In this document: positions 1-9,664 of the stretch, in pieces
How positions within the stretch are numbered: the first letter of the stretch is position 1
Layout of the letters: the number at the start of each line of letters is the position of its first letter
From: an uncultured Clostridium sp.
GTDB lineage: Bacteria > Bacillota > Clostridia > Clostridiales > Clostridiaceae
NCBI RefSeq assembly: GCF_934754915.1
Contig: NZ_CAKVKB010000003.1
Coordinates: forward strand, 2,281-66,280
Reading direction: 5' to 3'
DNA length: 64,000 bases
Program-made: the position numbers and the translations under genes
The notes under the pieces: generated by a model
What the model saw: only the letters and a program-made list of their open reading frames with translations
The model's database searches: none
Told to the model about the DNA's origin: nothing

Positions 1-351
1 GCATTTTGGAAACTTAAGAATTTCAATTTCATTGAACATTTTGCAGTTGATGATATTTTAAGAGGAAATGGAATTGGAACAAAACTTTTGAAAGCATATC
101 TAAACAATAACAATAAGATGACAGTACTGGAAGTTGAAATGCCGGATAATGATATTGCAGAAAGAAGAATTCAATATTATAAGAGAATGGGTATGAAGTT
201 AAATGACTATGACTATGTTCAACCGCCTTTACAGGAAGGAAGCCCACTTCTTCCGTTAAAAATTATGAGTTATGGAAGAGAAATAATTCATGATGAATTT
301 TTAGAAGTCAGAGATAAAATATACAAAAAAGTATATGAATATAGTATATAA
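1..351 (+). CDS. GNAT family N-acetyltransferase, 5' end cut by the window edge
   Basis: Frame 1 is open from nt 1. The translation ...FIEHFAVDDILRGNGIGTKLLKAYL... carries the acetyl-CoA-binding R-x-x-G-x-G motif. The ORF track shows only the Met-initiated tail (88..351). Confidence 0.7.
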   Translation, partial: AFWKLKNFNFIEHFAVDDILRGNGIGTKLLKAYLNNNNKMTVLEVEMPDNDIAERRIQYYKRMGMKLNDYDYVQPPLQEGSPLLPLKIMSYGREIIHDEFLEVRDKIYKKVYEYSI

Positions 352-417
352 ATGAAGCTTAAGCAAACAATTATTATATAGTATTTTACTATGTAATATA
401 TAAAGGGAGCGTGTAAA

Positions 418-573
418 ATGAGTTTCATAGGTATAGAGAATGATGATTATAAAGAAATGTGCAAAGCAGTGAAAAGAATGAAGGATATCTTGAGGGATAA
501 ATCATTCAATGAAAGTGACAAATTAAAGATAATAAATGAATGTGTTGATATTTTGGAATATAATCTATATTAG
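418..573 (+). CDS. small hypothetical protein (51 aa, MSFIGIENDDYKEMCKAVKRMKDILRDKSFNESDKLKIINECVDILEYNLY)
   Basis: The ATG is preceded by AAGGGAG 6-7 nt upstream, and a strong terminator follows directly. It falls below the ORF-track size cut-off. Confidence 0.35.
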   Translation: MSFIGIENDDYKEMCKAVKRMKDILRDKSFNESDKLKIINECVDILEYNLY

Positions 574-580
574 TAAGTAA

Positions 581-612
581 AAAGCAGACAGATATTTTGT
601 CTGCTTTTTATT
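581..612 (+). terminator. Rho-independent terminator
   Basis: AAAGCAGAC-agatatttt-GTCTGCTTT followed by a T-rich tail. Confidence 0.8.
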
Positions 613-735
613 TATAAGATGAACTTTCAATATAATTTATTATGAATAGAATTATTTAGGATATAATTATGATATATTTTAAAAGCTTATTTTTAATAGA
701 TATAATTTTTATTTATTACGTTAGGAGGAATTAAA

Positions 736-1956
736 ATGAGAATACTTCATACAGCAGATTGGCATCTTGGAAAAAACCTGGAAGGTCAAAGTAGAATGGA
801 TGAACAAGAATTGTTTTTGAAGGATTTTGTAGACATAGTTAAAGATAACAACATAGATTTGGTAATAATAGCGGGAGATGTATACGATAGTTCAAATCCA
901 CCAGCAAGAGCTGAAAAAATGTTTTATGATACATTAAAGCAGATTTCTAAAGATGGAGAAAGGATAACTCTCGTTATAAGCGGAAATCATGATAGTCCTG
1001 AAAGGCTTGTTGCAGCAGGTCCATTGGCGAGAGATCATGGAATAATAATGTGTGGTACACCTAAAACAGTAATTCCATGTGGTCAATATGGGAAACATAG
1101 AGTTGTTGATTCTGGAGAGGGCTTTATAGAATTAGAAATAAATAATGAAAAAAGTGTAATATTGACAGTACCTTATCCAAGCGAAAAAAGACTTAATGAA
1201 GTTATATATGGAAGTATGGATACTGATGAAGAAAAGTTGAAATCTTATAGTGAAAGAATATCAGAATTGTTTGATAATCTTAAAGTTCATTATAGAAAAG
1301 ATACCATAAATCTGGTTGTTTCTCATTTATTTGCAATGGGAAGCGAAGAAGGGGGCTCAGAGAGAAGTATACAGCTTGGCGGAAGTTATATTGTGTATGG
1401 AAGCTGTTTCCCAGAAGAAGCTCAATATATTGCATTAGGTCATGTTCACAAGCCACAGATAGTACCTGGTACAGGAAAAAGAGCAAGGTATTCAGGATCC
1501 CCTATTCATTATAATAAAAAAGAAATTAATTATGATAAAAAATGTTTTATAATTGATGCAGAACCTGGAAAGGAATGTGTAGTAAAGGAAATTAAACTTA
1601 AAGTATATAAACCTATTGAAATATGGAAATGTAAGAGTATAGAGGATGCTATAAACAGATGTGAAGAAAATAAGGATCATAACTGCTGGGTTTATCTTGA
1701 AATAGAAACTGACACATATATAAGAGAAGATGAAATAAAAAAAATGAAGGAATTTAAGAAAGATATACTGGAAATACAGCCTAAAATAAAAAATGATGAT
1801 GAAGAAATTGAATTCGAAAATTTGAGAGAGAAACCTTTTGAAGAGGTATTTAGAGAATTTTATAAGAAAGAACGTGATGTTGAGCCACAGAAGGAAGTTG
1901 TAGATTTATTGCTATCAATTATAAATGAAGAAGGTGATCAAGATGAAACCAATTAA
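736..1956 (+). CDS. sbcD: exonuclease SbcCD, nuclease subunit SbcD (Mre11-type phosphoesterase)
   Basis: Calcineurin-like motifs are present: HTADWHLG, AGDVYD, GNHD, GHVH. RBS is AGGAGG. It overlaps the start of sbcC. Confidence 0.9.
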   Translation: MRILHTADWHLGKNLEGQSRMDEQELFLKDFVDIVKDNNIDLVIIAGDVYDSSNPPARAEKMFYDTLKQISKDGERITLVISGNHDSPERLVAAGPLARDHGIIMCGTPKTVIPCGQYGKHRVVDSGEGFIELEINNEKSVILTVPYPSEKRLNEVIYGSMDTDEEKLKSYSERISELFDNLKVHYRKDTINLVVSHLFAMGSEEGGSERSIQLGGSYIVYGSCFPEEAQYIALGHVHKPQIVPGTGKRARYSGSPIHYNKKEINYDKKCFIIDAEPGKECVVKEIKLKVYKPIEIWKCKSIEDAINRCEENKDHNCWVYLEIETDTYIREDEIKKMKEFKKDILEIQPKIKNDDEEIEFENLREKPFEEVFREFYKKERDVEPQKEVVDLLLSIINEEGDQDETN

Positions 1957-4900
1957 ACTTAAAATTAAAGGGTTAAATAGTTTTCAAGAAGAACAGACAA
2001 TTGATTTTTTAAAACTGACAGACAGAGGATTATTTGGGATATTTGGACCAACAGGAAGTGGAAAATCAACTATTCTTGATGGAATAACTTTGGCTTTATA
2101 TGGAGCAGTATCGAGAAAAAGTTCTAATTTTATAAATACTAACTGTGACAGAGTAAATGTAAGTTTCGAGTTTCAGATATCGGGAGGAGAAATTAAAAAA
2201 TATTCTATTGATAGAGAGTTTAAAAGAAAAAAGGATGGAAATATAAATAGTGGAAAATGTAAGCTTGTAGACATAACAGAAGAAAACAATAAAGAAGTTA
2301 TAGCAGATTCTGTTAAAATGTTGAACAGAAAAGTTGAAGAGATAATTGGACTTAATATAGATGATTTTACAAGGACTGTAGTATTGCCACAAGGAAAATT
2401 TAGTGAATTTTTAAAACTTGAAGGAAAAGAACGAAGAGAAATGCTTGAAAGATTGTTTAATCTTGAAAAATATGGAGATAATCTTTCAGTTAAATTGTCT
2501 GCAAAGATAAGAAAAGAAAATACAGAAAATAGTATTTTGGAAGGTCAGTTAAAGGGTTATGAAGATATAAGTTTGGAAAAGCTTAAAGAAAATGAAGAAG
2601 AACTTAAAAACAGAGAAAATGAATTTAAAAGGCTAGGGTTAGAGTTTGAAGATATTCAAAAACAGGATAAGAAAAATGAAGAATTATGGAATATGCAGAA
2701 TGAATTAAAGGTATATGAAGAAAAAGAAAATGCATTAAAGCAGAAAGAAGAATTCATTGAAAAGGCGAAGAATACAATAGAACTTAGTGAAAATGCAGAA
2801 AAAGTGATTCCATATATAACGGTTTATGAAAAGACTATAAAATCCTATGAGGAAAATAAATTGCTTCTCACAGATATAATTGGAAAATTAAACAATGTGG
2901 GCAAAAGCAGAGAAAAAGCGGAAGAAAAATGGCTTGCTGCGAAAAAAGATAAAGAAGAAAATTTATCAGAACTTATTATTAGAAGACAAAAGACAAAAGA
3001 TGCTATACAAGCGCAGAATATATTAAAAACAATAATTGAAAAACATAAGAGTGCTTTAAAGAAAAAAGATGAATATAAAAAGGATTTTGATGAAAGTAAT
3101 AAAAGATTAATAAATTTAAATCAATACACTAAAGAAGAAAATGAATATATAATTGGTCTTGAAAAGAAACAGAATGAGTTACAAATAGATGAAGAATTTA
3201 AAGAGAGAATACAAAATGGACTTATACTTGAAGAAAAGATAAGTAAAGCTGATAAAATATCAAAACAATATGAAGAAAAATATAGATCAATAAATAAATT
3301 AATTGATGACACAATAAAAGAGGGCATAAATTTAAAAAGTAATATTGAAAAAACTGATGGTGAATTGAATGATAAAAAAGAAAAACTGGAAAATTTGATT
3401 GAAAAGTGTCCTGGAGATCAGAACTTTCTTTTAGAACATAGAAAATTTATAGAAGAATGCAGCAGGAAGTATGAAATATTTAACAGGATATCTAAAGATA
3501 TAGAAAGATTTTCTGAGGAGAGGACTATTCTTGAAGAAAATATAAATAAATATGAAGAAGAGTTAAGCAAATATGAAAACGAACTTAAAGTGTTGAAAGA
3601 AAATCAGAAGCTTGCATTAAGGGAATCTATGTCAATAGAACTGAGAAAGGAATTAAAAGAAGGAGAAAAATGTCCTGTATGTGGATCTATTCATCATGAT
3701 TTCAATCATTTTACAGATTCAAAGTTTCGTTTTGATTTGGAAAAGATTGAAAAGGAAATAAAGGAAAAAGAAGATCTTCTAAAAAAAATAAATGATAAAA
3801 ATATTAAAGCAAAAACGACTTTGGAAACTGATATTAAAAATATTGAGGAAGGAAAAGAAAATATCGATAAACTTGGAGTTGAATTCAGAAAAAAATCTTT
3901 AAAGGATTTGGAAACGGAATTTGAAAAATTAAAAATTTCAGTAAATGAGTATAACAAAAATAAAGAAGAATTAGAAAAAGGAATAAAAGATATTCTGATA
4001 AAACGTGAAAAGCAAGATGGAGACATTAAGGCTTTAAGAGCAGCATTAAGATCTTATCAGAATCAAAAGCAGATACTTGAAAAAGAATTTCAGGAATCAG
4101 AAAATGAGAAAAATGATTTTGTTAAAGAAATAGAAAGCTTAAAAAAAGATATTTCTGTTGGAAATTTTAAAGAAAAGAATATTGAAATAAGAAAAAAGGA
4201 AAATGAACGGAATGAAATTTTAAGAGATATAAATAAGTCCAGAAAACAGTTGGAATTACTTGAAGAAGAAAGAAAACAAAGGGATGAAGAAATAAAAAAA
4301 ATAAGTGAAGAAATAGTTAAGAAAGAAACTGAAATAAGTTCATATGAACAAAGCATACAAGAGAAAATTGAATTTATTAAAAGCAAGTGTGGTGAAAATG
4401 AAAATTTAGAAGAACTTCTTAAAAAAATAGAAATTAATATAAGAAATATAGAAGATAATTATGAAAATTCTGAAAAGGAAAAAGATGATCTTGATAAAAT
4501 TTTTAAACAATATAATGAAAGACTTATTTCAGCACAGAGCACAGATAAAACCCTTAGTGATAAAAAAATAAATGAAGAAAAAAACATGAATTTTATGATT
4601 CTGAGCGAAGGATTTAAGAGCATAGAAGAAGTTAAAGCTAGTATGCTTGAAAAAGCAGAACTAATTAAATTAAAAAATGAAGTTGAAGAATATAAGGAAA
4701 ATATTTCAAAGATACAGGGTGCAATAAATACACTTAAAAATAAGATTGATGGAAGATTTATAACAAAAGAAGAGTATGATGAATTAAAAATAATCATGAA
4801 TTCAAAAAATGATAAATTGAAGGAATGTGAAGAAAACGTAATAAATCTTAAAAATGAAATTATAAGATTAAATACAAAACTAAAGGAACAGAGAGAACTT

Positions 4901-5440
4901 TTACAGAAAAAAAGTGATCTTGAACATAAGCTTGGAATGCTTAAGGATCTTGAAAAATTATTTAAAGGAAAGAAGTTTGTTGAATTTGTTGCAGCGCATC
5001 AGCTTAAATATATATCAATAGAGGCTTCTAAAAGACTGAAAGAAATATCACATGGAAATTATGGTATTGAAGTTGATGAAAATGGAAAATTTATGATAAG
5101 AGATTATAAAAATGGAGGGGCTCAGAGAGATGCAAGTACATTATCTGGAGGAGAGACATTTTTAGCATCATTATCTCTTGCACTTGCATTGTCTGCTCAA
5201 ATTCAGCTCAAAGGTACAGCACCACTAGAATTGTTTTTCCTTGACGAAGGATTTGGAACATTAGATGATGAACTGCTTGAAGTTGTTATGAACTCATTGG
5301 AAAGGATTCATAATGATAAACTTAAAGTTGGAATAATAAGCCATGTAGAAAGCATAAAAAACAGAGTACCTGTTAAACTTATAGTATCTCCAGCTGAATG
5401 TGGAAAAGGTGGAAGTAAAGTTAAAATAGAGAGAAGCTAG
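1943..5440 (+). CDS. sbcC: exonuclease SbcCD, ATPase subunit SbcC (Rad50/SMC-like)
   Basis: It has an N-terminal Walker A (GPTGSGKST), a very long K/E-rich coiled coil and a central CPVCG zinc hook. The C-terminal signature LSGGE and Walker B FLDEGFG are present. I prefer the ATG at 1943 (RBS GAAGGTGA) over the track start at 1925. Confidence 0.9.
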   Translation: MKPIKLKIKGLNSFQEEQTIDFLKLTDRGLFGIFGPTGSGKSTILDGITLALYGAVSRKSSNFINTNCDRVNVSFEFQISGGEIKKYSIDREFKRKKDGNINSGKCKLVDITEENNKEVIADSVKMLNRKVEEIIGLNIDDFTRTVVLPQGKFSEFLKLEGKERREMLERLFNLEKYGDNLSVKLSAKIRKENTENSILEGQLKGYEDISLEKLKENEEELKNRENEFKRLGLEFEDIQKQDKKNEELWNMQNELKVYEEKENALKQKEEFIEKAKNTIELSENAEKVIPYITVYEKTIKSYEENKLLLTDIIGKLNNVGKSREKAEEKWLAAKKDKEENLSELIIRRQKTKDAIQAQNILKTIIEKHKSALKKKDEYKKDFDESNKRLINLNQYTKEENEYIIGLEKKQNELQIDEEFKERIQNGLILEEKISKADKISKQYEEKYRSINKLIDDTIKEGINLKSNIEKTDGELNDKKEKLENLIEKCPGDQNFLLEHRKFIEECSRKYEIFNRISKDIERFSEERTILEENINKYEEELSKYENELKVLKENQKLALRESMSIELRKELKEGEKCPVCGSIHHDFNHFTDSKFRFDLEKIEKEIKEKEDLLKKINDKNIKAKTTLETDIKNIEEGKENIDKLGVEFRKKSLKDLETEFEKLKISVNEYNKNKEELEKGIKDILIKREKQDGDIKALRAALRSYQNQKQILEKEFQESENEKNDFVKEIESLKKDISVGNFKEKNIEIRKKENERNEILRDINKSRKQLELLEEERKQRDEEIKKISEEIVKKETEISSYEQSIQEKIEFIKSKCGENENLEELLKKIEINIRNIEDNYENSEKEKDDLDKIFKQYNERLISAQSTDKTLSDKKINEEKNMNFMILSEGFKSIEEVKASMLEKAELIKLKNEVEEYKENISKIQGAINTLKNKIDGRFITKEEYDELKIIMNSKNDKLKECEENVINLKNEIIRLNTKLKEQRELLQKKSDLEHKLGMLKDLEKLFKGKKFVEFVAAHQLKYISIEASKRLKEISHGNYGIEVDENGKFMIRDYKNGGAQRDASTLSGGETFLASLSLALALSAQIQLKGTAPLELFFLDEGFGTLDDELLEVVMNSLERIHNDKLKVGIISHVESIKNRVPVKLIVSPAECGKGGSKVKIERS

Positions 5441-5751
5441 GCAAAATTTATTATAAATTTAAGGAAAAATAGAATAAAAAGTGGTATAATATATATGAAA
5501 ATTAAATAAGAAATAAGGGAATATATTTTAGATGAATTAGAGGCGAGAAAAATGTTAAATTTTAATTGCAAATTAATCTTATCTTTTCAAAATTCTTCAG
5601 ATAAGACTAATCATTATAAGCATATAAGACCTTATGATTGTAATATGCCTATATGTTCCGTTCATCGTAAGCTAATGATTTAAATGATCTAAGCATAAAA
5701 AGAATTAACATAATATTTAGGATTATTAAAATTAAGAAGGAGAGATTTACA

Positions 5752-6333
5752 ATGGAGGAACTATTATTAAGTAAAAGAGTTAAGAAAAATGGACATGATG
5801 CCAGAGCAGAAAGAAGACAAGGTAAAATTCCTGGAGTAATTTATGGAAAAGAAATAGGAAATGAATTGTTTGATGTTGATGTAACAGCATTACAAAAGGA
5901 ATTAGCAGTATCAGGTGAACATGGAGTATTAAAATTTGATTTAGATGGACAAAAAGGTACTGCTGTAATTAAAGAACTTCAAAAAAATAATTTTGGAAAC
6001 AAAATTATTCACTTAGATCTTGAAGAAGTATCAGATAAAGAAAAAATGACTACTGAAGTTGATATTAAGATTTCTGGAAAAGGAATTTTAGAAAGCAAGG
6101 GATTGATTTTACAGGTTCAAAAAGATTTAGTAAAGGTAACTTGTACAGCATTAGATCTTCCAAAAGAATTTGATCTTGATGTATCCCAAGGAACAGCAGG
6201 AACTGTATATACATTAAAAGATTTAGCAATTAGTAATAAAGTTACTGTTGATGATGACTTATCAAGTGTTATTGGATCAATTATCGTAGATGAAAAAGAA
6301 GATGAGGAAGAAGAAGAAACTGCAGCAGAATAA
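5752..6333 (+). CDS. rplY: 50S ribosomal protein L25 / general stress protein Ctc, copy 1 (acidic C-terminal tail)
   Basis: The N-terminal RAERRQGKIPGVIYGK motif and the two-domain Ctc length (193 aa) fit the family. RBS is AAGGAGAG. Confidence 0.85.
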   Translation: MEELLLSKRVKKNGHDARAERRQGKIPGVIYGKEIGNELFDVDVTALQKELAVSGEHGVLKFDLDGQKGTAVIKELQKNNFGNKIIHLDLEEVSDKEKMTTEVDIKISGKGILESKGLILQVQKDLVKVTCTALDLPKEFDLDVSQGTAGTVYTLKDLAISNKVTVDDDLSSVIGSIIVDEKEDEEEEETAAE

Positions 6334-6366
6334 TTAATAGTTGTTTAATTGATATAATTTTAGATT

Positions 6367-6416
6367 AAAAAACAGACAGTTAAGGGAAATAGTATCTTTT
6401 AACTGTCTGTTTTTTG
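6367..6416 (+). terminator. Rho-independent terminator of ctc copy 1
   Basis: AACAGACAGTTAA-loop-TTAACTGTCTGTT followed by TTTTG. Confidence 0.85.
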
Positions 6417-6468
6417 TATTTATTTTTGAAATAGAATTATATTAGCTTGACAATTTGTCATAGAAAAA

Positions 6469-6572
6469 ATATATATTTCAATAATAAAATTACATAATAA
6501 TTAGAAAAATATTAAAAAGATTTCATCTCACTGTCAATTGTTCATTGTACATTGTTAATTGAAATATATATA
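6469..6572 (-). repeat. TATATA-ended intergenic repeat, copy A (two-and-a-half-module form)
   Basis: The minus strand reads TATATATATTTCAATTAACAATGTACAATGAACAATTGACAGTGAGATGAAATC...TTATTATGTAATTTTATTATTGAAATATATAT. The terminal arms ATATATATTTCAAT / ATTGAAATATATAT are complementary at 14 of 14 positions. Confidence 0.85.
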
Positions 6573-6701
6573 GTTTTAATTTTTTGATAAGACTTTTAGA
6601 TGAATATGTATAAGAATATTAAAATTTCTATTGATTGAATAAAAATATGAAAATGAGAAATAATAGAGAAATGATTGATAATCGTAAAAGGAGGATTACA
6701 A

Positions 6702-7283
6702 GTGGAAGAATTATTTTTAAATAAAAGAATCAAAAATTCATCTAAGAGTGCAAAAAAAGAGAGAAGAAAAGGATTAGTTCCAGGCATAATATATGGAAAA
6801 AAGCTTGGAAGTTTAATGTTTGAAATTGGAGAAATGAATTTAGTAAGCGAGCTTAACATTATAGGTGAACATGGAATTGTAAATTTTGATCTTGATGGAT
6901 ATAATGGTACTGCAATGATCAAAGATGTTCAAAAAGATGCTATTACACATAAGATAGTACACATAGATTTAGAAGAAATATGTTCGGATGAAAATATTAC
7001 TGCAGAAATTCCTATAAAATTCAATGGCAAGGATTTTTTGAGTCAGAAAGGAATTGTGCTTCAGAGTCAGAAAGATTCTGTAAAAGTATCATGTAAACCA
7101 GAAGACCTTCCAAAGAGTATAAATATAGATGTTTCAAAAGCAAAAGTTGGAAGTGTTTATAAACTATCTGATTTAGAAATAGGAGATGAAATTTCAATAG
7201 TAGAAGATTTATCATCAGTGTGTGCGTCAGTTGTTAATGAACAATTTATACCAACAGGAGATGATGAGAATAAAGGAAAATAA
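6702..7283 (+). CDS. 50S ribosomal protein L25 / Ctc, diverged paralogue, copy 2
   Basis: It aligns along its whole length with copy 1 (KERRKGLVPGIIYGKK, GEHGIVNFDLDG, HIDLEE, QKDSVKVSC). The likely start is GTG 6702, 7 nt after AAAGGAGG. The track start at 6675 lacks an RBS. Confidence 0.8.
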   Translation: MEELFLNKRIKNSSKSAKKERRKGLVPGIIYGKKLGSLMFEIGEMNLVSELNIIGEHGIVNFDLDGYNGTAMIKDVQKDAITHKIVHIDLEEICSDENITAEIPIKFNGKDFLSQKGIVLQSQKDSVKVSCKPEDLPKSINIDVSKAKVGSVYKLSDLEIGDEISIVEDLSSVCASVVNEQFIPTGDDENKGK

Positions 7284-7374
7284 ATAAGATTATTTACAAA
7301 TTTTTTCTATATTGTTTTGTAGAAATTTATAAATATAATTCTTTTTTATAGATTAGTATATAAATATGAGTTAT

Positions 7375-7422
7375 AATAGTATTGATATTGTTTACGATAA
7401 AATTAAATATATCAATACTATT
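7375..7422. repeat. 14-bp perfect inverted repeat (AATAGTATTGATAT ... ATATCAATACTATT) with a 20-nt spacer
   Basis: Read directly from the sequence. It sits in the roughly 490-bp gap between ctc copy 2 and the phosphohexomutase gene. Confidence 0.5.
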
Positions 7423-7445
7423 GTTATATTGATTTGATTAAAAGT

Positions 7446-7510
7446 GATTATGTTACAATAAATATGGTTATATTTTTAGATAAATTTGAAAAATTTTATA
7501 ATAAGTATAT
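7446..7510 (+). repeat. possible deleted relic of the D/J-type intergenic repeat
   Basis: GATTATGTTACAATAAATATG...TATATTTTTAGATAAATTT...TATAATAAGTATAT resembles the left end and the GATAAAT extension of copy D. The central part is missing. Confidence 0.3.
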
Positions 7511-7774
7511 GCTGATTTGAAATATATGTTTTTAAAAAATCAATGATAACGATATTCATTTGAAAAGGAATAATATTATATTATTAAATAAATGTAATAA
7601 AAATGTTAGAATTAATATACAAATATGACAAAATTAAATGATGATATTATTTTCAATACGATAAAGTTATTTAAATGACATTAATGAATAATTTTAGAAA
7701 TTGAATTTAAAACTATTTTTTATTACAGATAAATATTGTATAATATAACTGAAAAAAATGGGGAGGGAATTAAA

Positions 7775-9502
7775 ATGAACTACAAAGAAAAATATAATGA
7801 ATGGATTAACTCAGATGTTATAAATGAGGAAACAAAAAATGAATTAAGAAATATATCCGATGAAAAGGAAATTGAAGATAGATTTTATCAAGATCTAGAT
7901 TTCGGTACAGGTGGATTAAGAGGAATAATAGGAGCTGGAAGCAACAGAATGAATATATATACAGTTGCAAAAGCTACACAAGGATTTGCTAATTATTTAA
8001 ATGATAATTTCACTGAACCAGCAGTAGCAATCGCACATGATTCAAGAAATATGTCAGATGAATTTGCTAAAGCAGCAGCATTAACATTATGTGCTAATAA
8101 TATTAAAGTTTATTTATATGAAAGCTTAAGACCAACACCAATGTTATCTTTTGCTGTAAGAGAATTAAAATGTTCTGGTGGTATAGTAGTTACTGCATCA
8201 CATAATCCTAAAATATATAACGGATATAAAGTGTATGATGAATTTGGAGGACAAGTAACTGATGCAAAAGCCAAGACTATTATTAATTGTGTTAATGCTG
8301 TAGATGATTTTTCAAAGATTAAAAATATGGATGAAAATGAAGCAGTTGAAAAAGGTCTTTTAAAATATGTTGGTGAAGATTTAGATAAAATATATTATGA
8401 TAAAGTTAAAGGATTAGCTATAAGAACTGATTTAGTTAAAGAAAAAGCTGATACATTAAACGTTATATATACTCCAATACATGGTTCAGGAAATATTCCT
8501 GTAAGAACTGTATTAAAACAGTTAGGATATTCAAACGTAAAGGTAGTAAAGGAACAAGAATTGCCAGATGGAAATTTCCCAACAGCATCTTATCCTAATC
8601 CAGAAAATCCAGATGTATTTAAACTAGCATTAAAAATGGCTGAAACAGAAAATCCAGATATAATTTTTGGTACTGATCCAGATTGTGATAGAATAGGTGT
8701 AGTTGTAAAAGACAGCCAAGGAAATTATCAGGTTTTAACAGGAAATCAGACTGGTTTACTTTTAACTCATTATGTTTTAAGTTCATTAAAAGAAACAAAC
8801 AAGCTTCCAGACAATGGGGTTGTAATAAAGACTATAGTTACAACTGAAGGTGCAAGAGCTATTGCAGAAGATTTTAATGTGGAATTAATGGAAGTATTAA
8901 CTGGATTCAAATATATAGGTGAAAAAATAAGAGAATTTGAGGATGCAGGAGACAAGAGTTATCTGTTTGGATTTGAAGAAAGTTATGGATATCTTGCAGG
9001 AACTTTTGTAAGAGATAAAGATGCTGTAATTGCATCAATGTTAGTATGTGAAATGGCTCTTTATTATAAAGAACAAGGCAAGAGCTTGTATGAAGCTTTA
9101 ATTGAACTATATGAAAAGTATGGATATTTCAAAGAACAATTAGTATCAATAGAATTGAAAGGTAAAGAAGGTCAAGAAAAAATAGCAGCATGTATTGAAG
9201 GAATGAGAAATGATCCTATAAATGCTATAGATGGCGTTAAGGTAGTTAAGAATCTAGATTATAAACTAAGTATAGAAAATGATACTGTTAATAATACTAA
9301 ATCAGAAATTAAATTACCAAAATCAAATGTATTAAAATATATATTAGAGGATAAATCTTATTTCGTTGTAAGACCATCAGGTACAGAGCCTAAGATGAAG
9401 ATTTATTTAGCTGTAAAAGGCAGCAGCTTAGAAAATGCAGAGCATGAAATTGCAAGATTTAAAGAAAAAGTAATGGAAATAATTAATGGAAATCTAAATT
9501 AA
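7775..9502 (+). CDS. phospho-sugar mutase (alpha-D-phosphohexomutase family, phosphoglucomutase/phosphomannomutase)
   Basis: The active-site loop TASHNPKIYNGYK, the metal loop DPDCDR and the sugar-binding GFEESYGY are present. Start is ATG 7775 after GGGGAGGG. Confidence 0.85.
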   Translation: MNYKEKYNEWINSDVINEETKNELRNISDEKEIEDRFYQDLDFGTGGLRGIIGAGSNRMNIYTVAKATQGFANYLNDNFTEPAVAIAHDSRNMSDEFAKAAALTLCANNIKVYLYESLRPTPMLSFAVRELKCSGGIVVTASHNPKIYNGYKVYDEFGGQVTDAKAKTIINCVNAVDDFSKIKNMDENEAVEKGLLKYVGEDLDKIYYDKVKGLAIRTDLVKEKADTLNVIYTPIHGSGNIPVRTVLKQLGYSNVKVVKEQELPDGNFPTASYPNPENPDVFKLALKMAETENPDIIFGTDPDCDRIGVVVKDSQGNYQVLTGNQTGLLLTHYVLSSLKETNKLPDNGVVIKTIVTTEGARAIAEDFNVELMEVLTGFKYIGEKIREFEDAGDKSYLFGFEESYGYLAGTFVRDKDAVIASMLVCEMALYYKEQGKSLYEALIELYEKYGYFKEQLVSIELKGKEGQEKIAACIEGMRNDPINAIDGVKVVKNLDYKLSIENDTVNNTKSEIKLPKSNVLKYILEDKSYFVVRPSGTEPKMKIYLAVKGSSLENAEHEIARFKEKVMEIINGNLN

Positions 9503-9506
9503 TAAT

Positions 9507-9541
9507 AAAAAATGCTGTCACAAAAGTGGCAGCATTTTTTT
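9507..9541 (+). terminator. Rho-independent terminator
   Basis: ATGCTGTCAC-aaaa-GTGGCAGCAT followed by a T7 run. Confidence 0.85.
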
Positions 9542-9618
9542 ATATAAAAACAGTGATAAGTTTTGTAGCATTTGTTTTTAACTATGATTTATTTAAATAA
9601 TGCAATCTGCTTAATAGT

Positions 9619-9640
9619 ATTAATTGTGATGTATATATAT
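9619..9640 (-). repeat. isolated left-end fragment of the intergenic repeat (inverted)
   Basis: ATTAATTGTGATGTATATATAT matches the reverse complement of the left end (ATATATA..CAATTAAT). Confidence 0.4.
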
Positions 9641-9664
9641 TAAATTTGAATAATTTAGATTATA

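Noticed and set aside
2096-4797. A series of 68-112-aa minus-strand ORFs (2096-2392, 3121-3327, 3706-4026, 4090-4386, 4459-4797) lying inside sbcC.
   Set aside because: They are antisense read-through of the K/E-rich coiled-coil coding sequence, which gives S/F/L-rich low-complexity peptides. They have no RBS and are fully contained in a well-supported gene.
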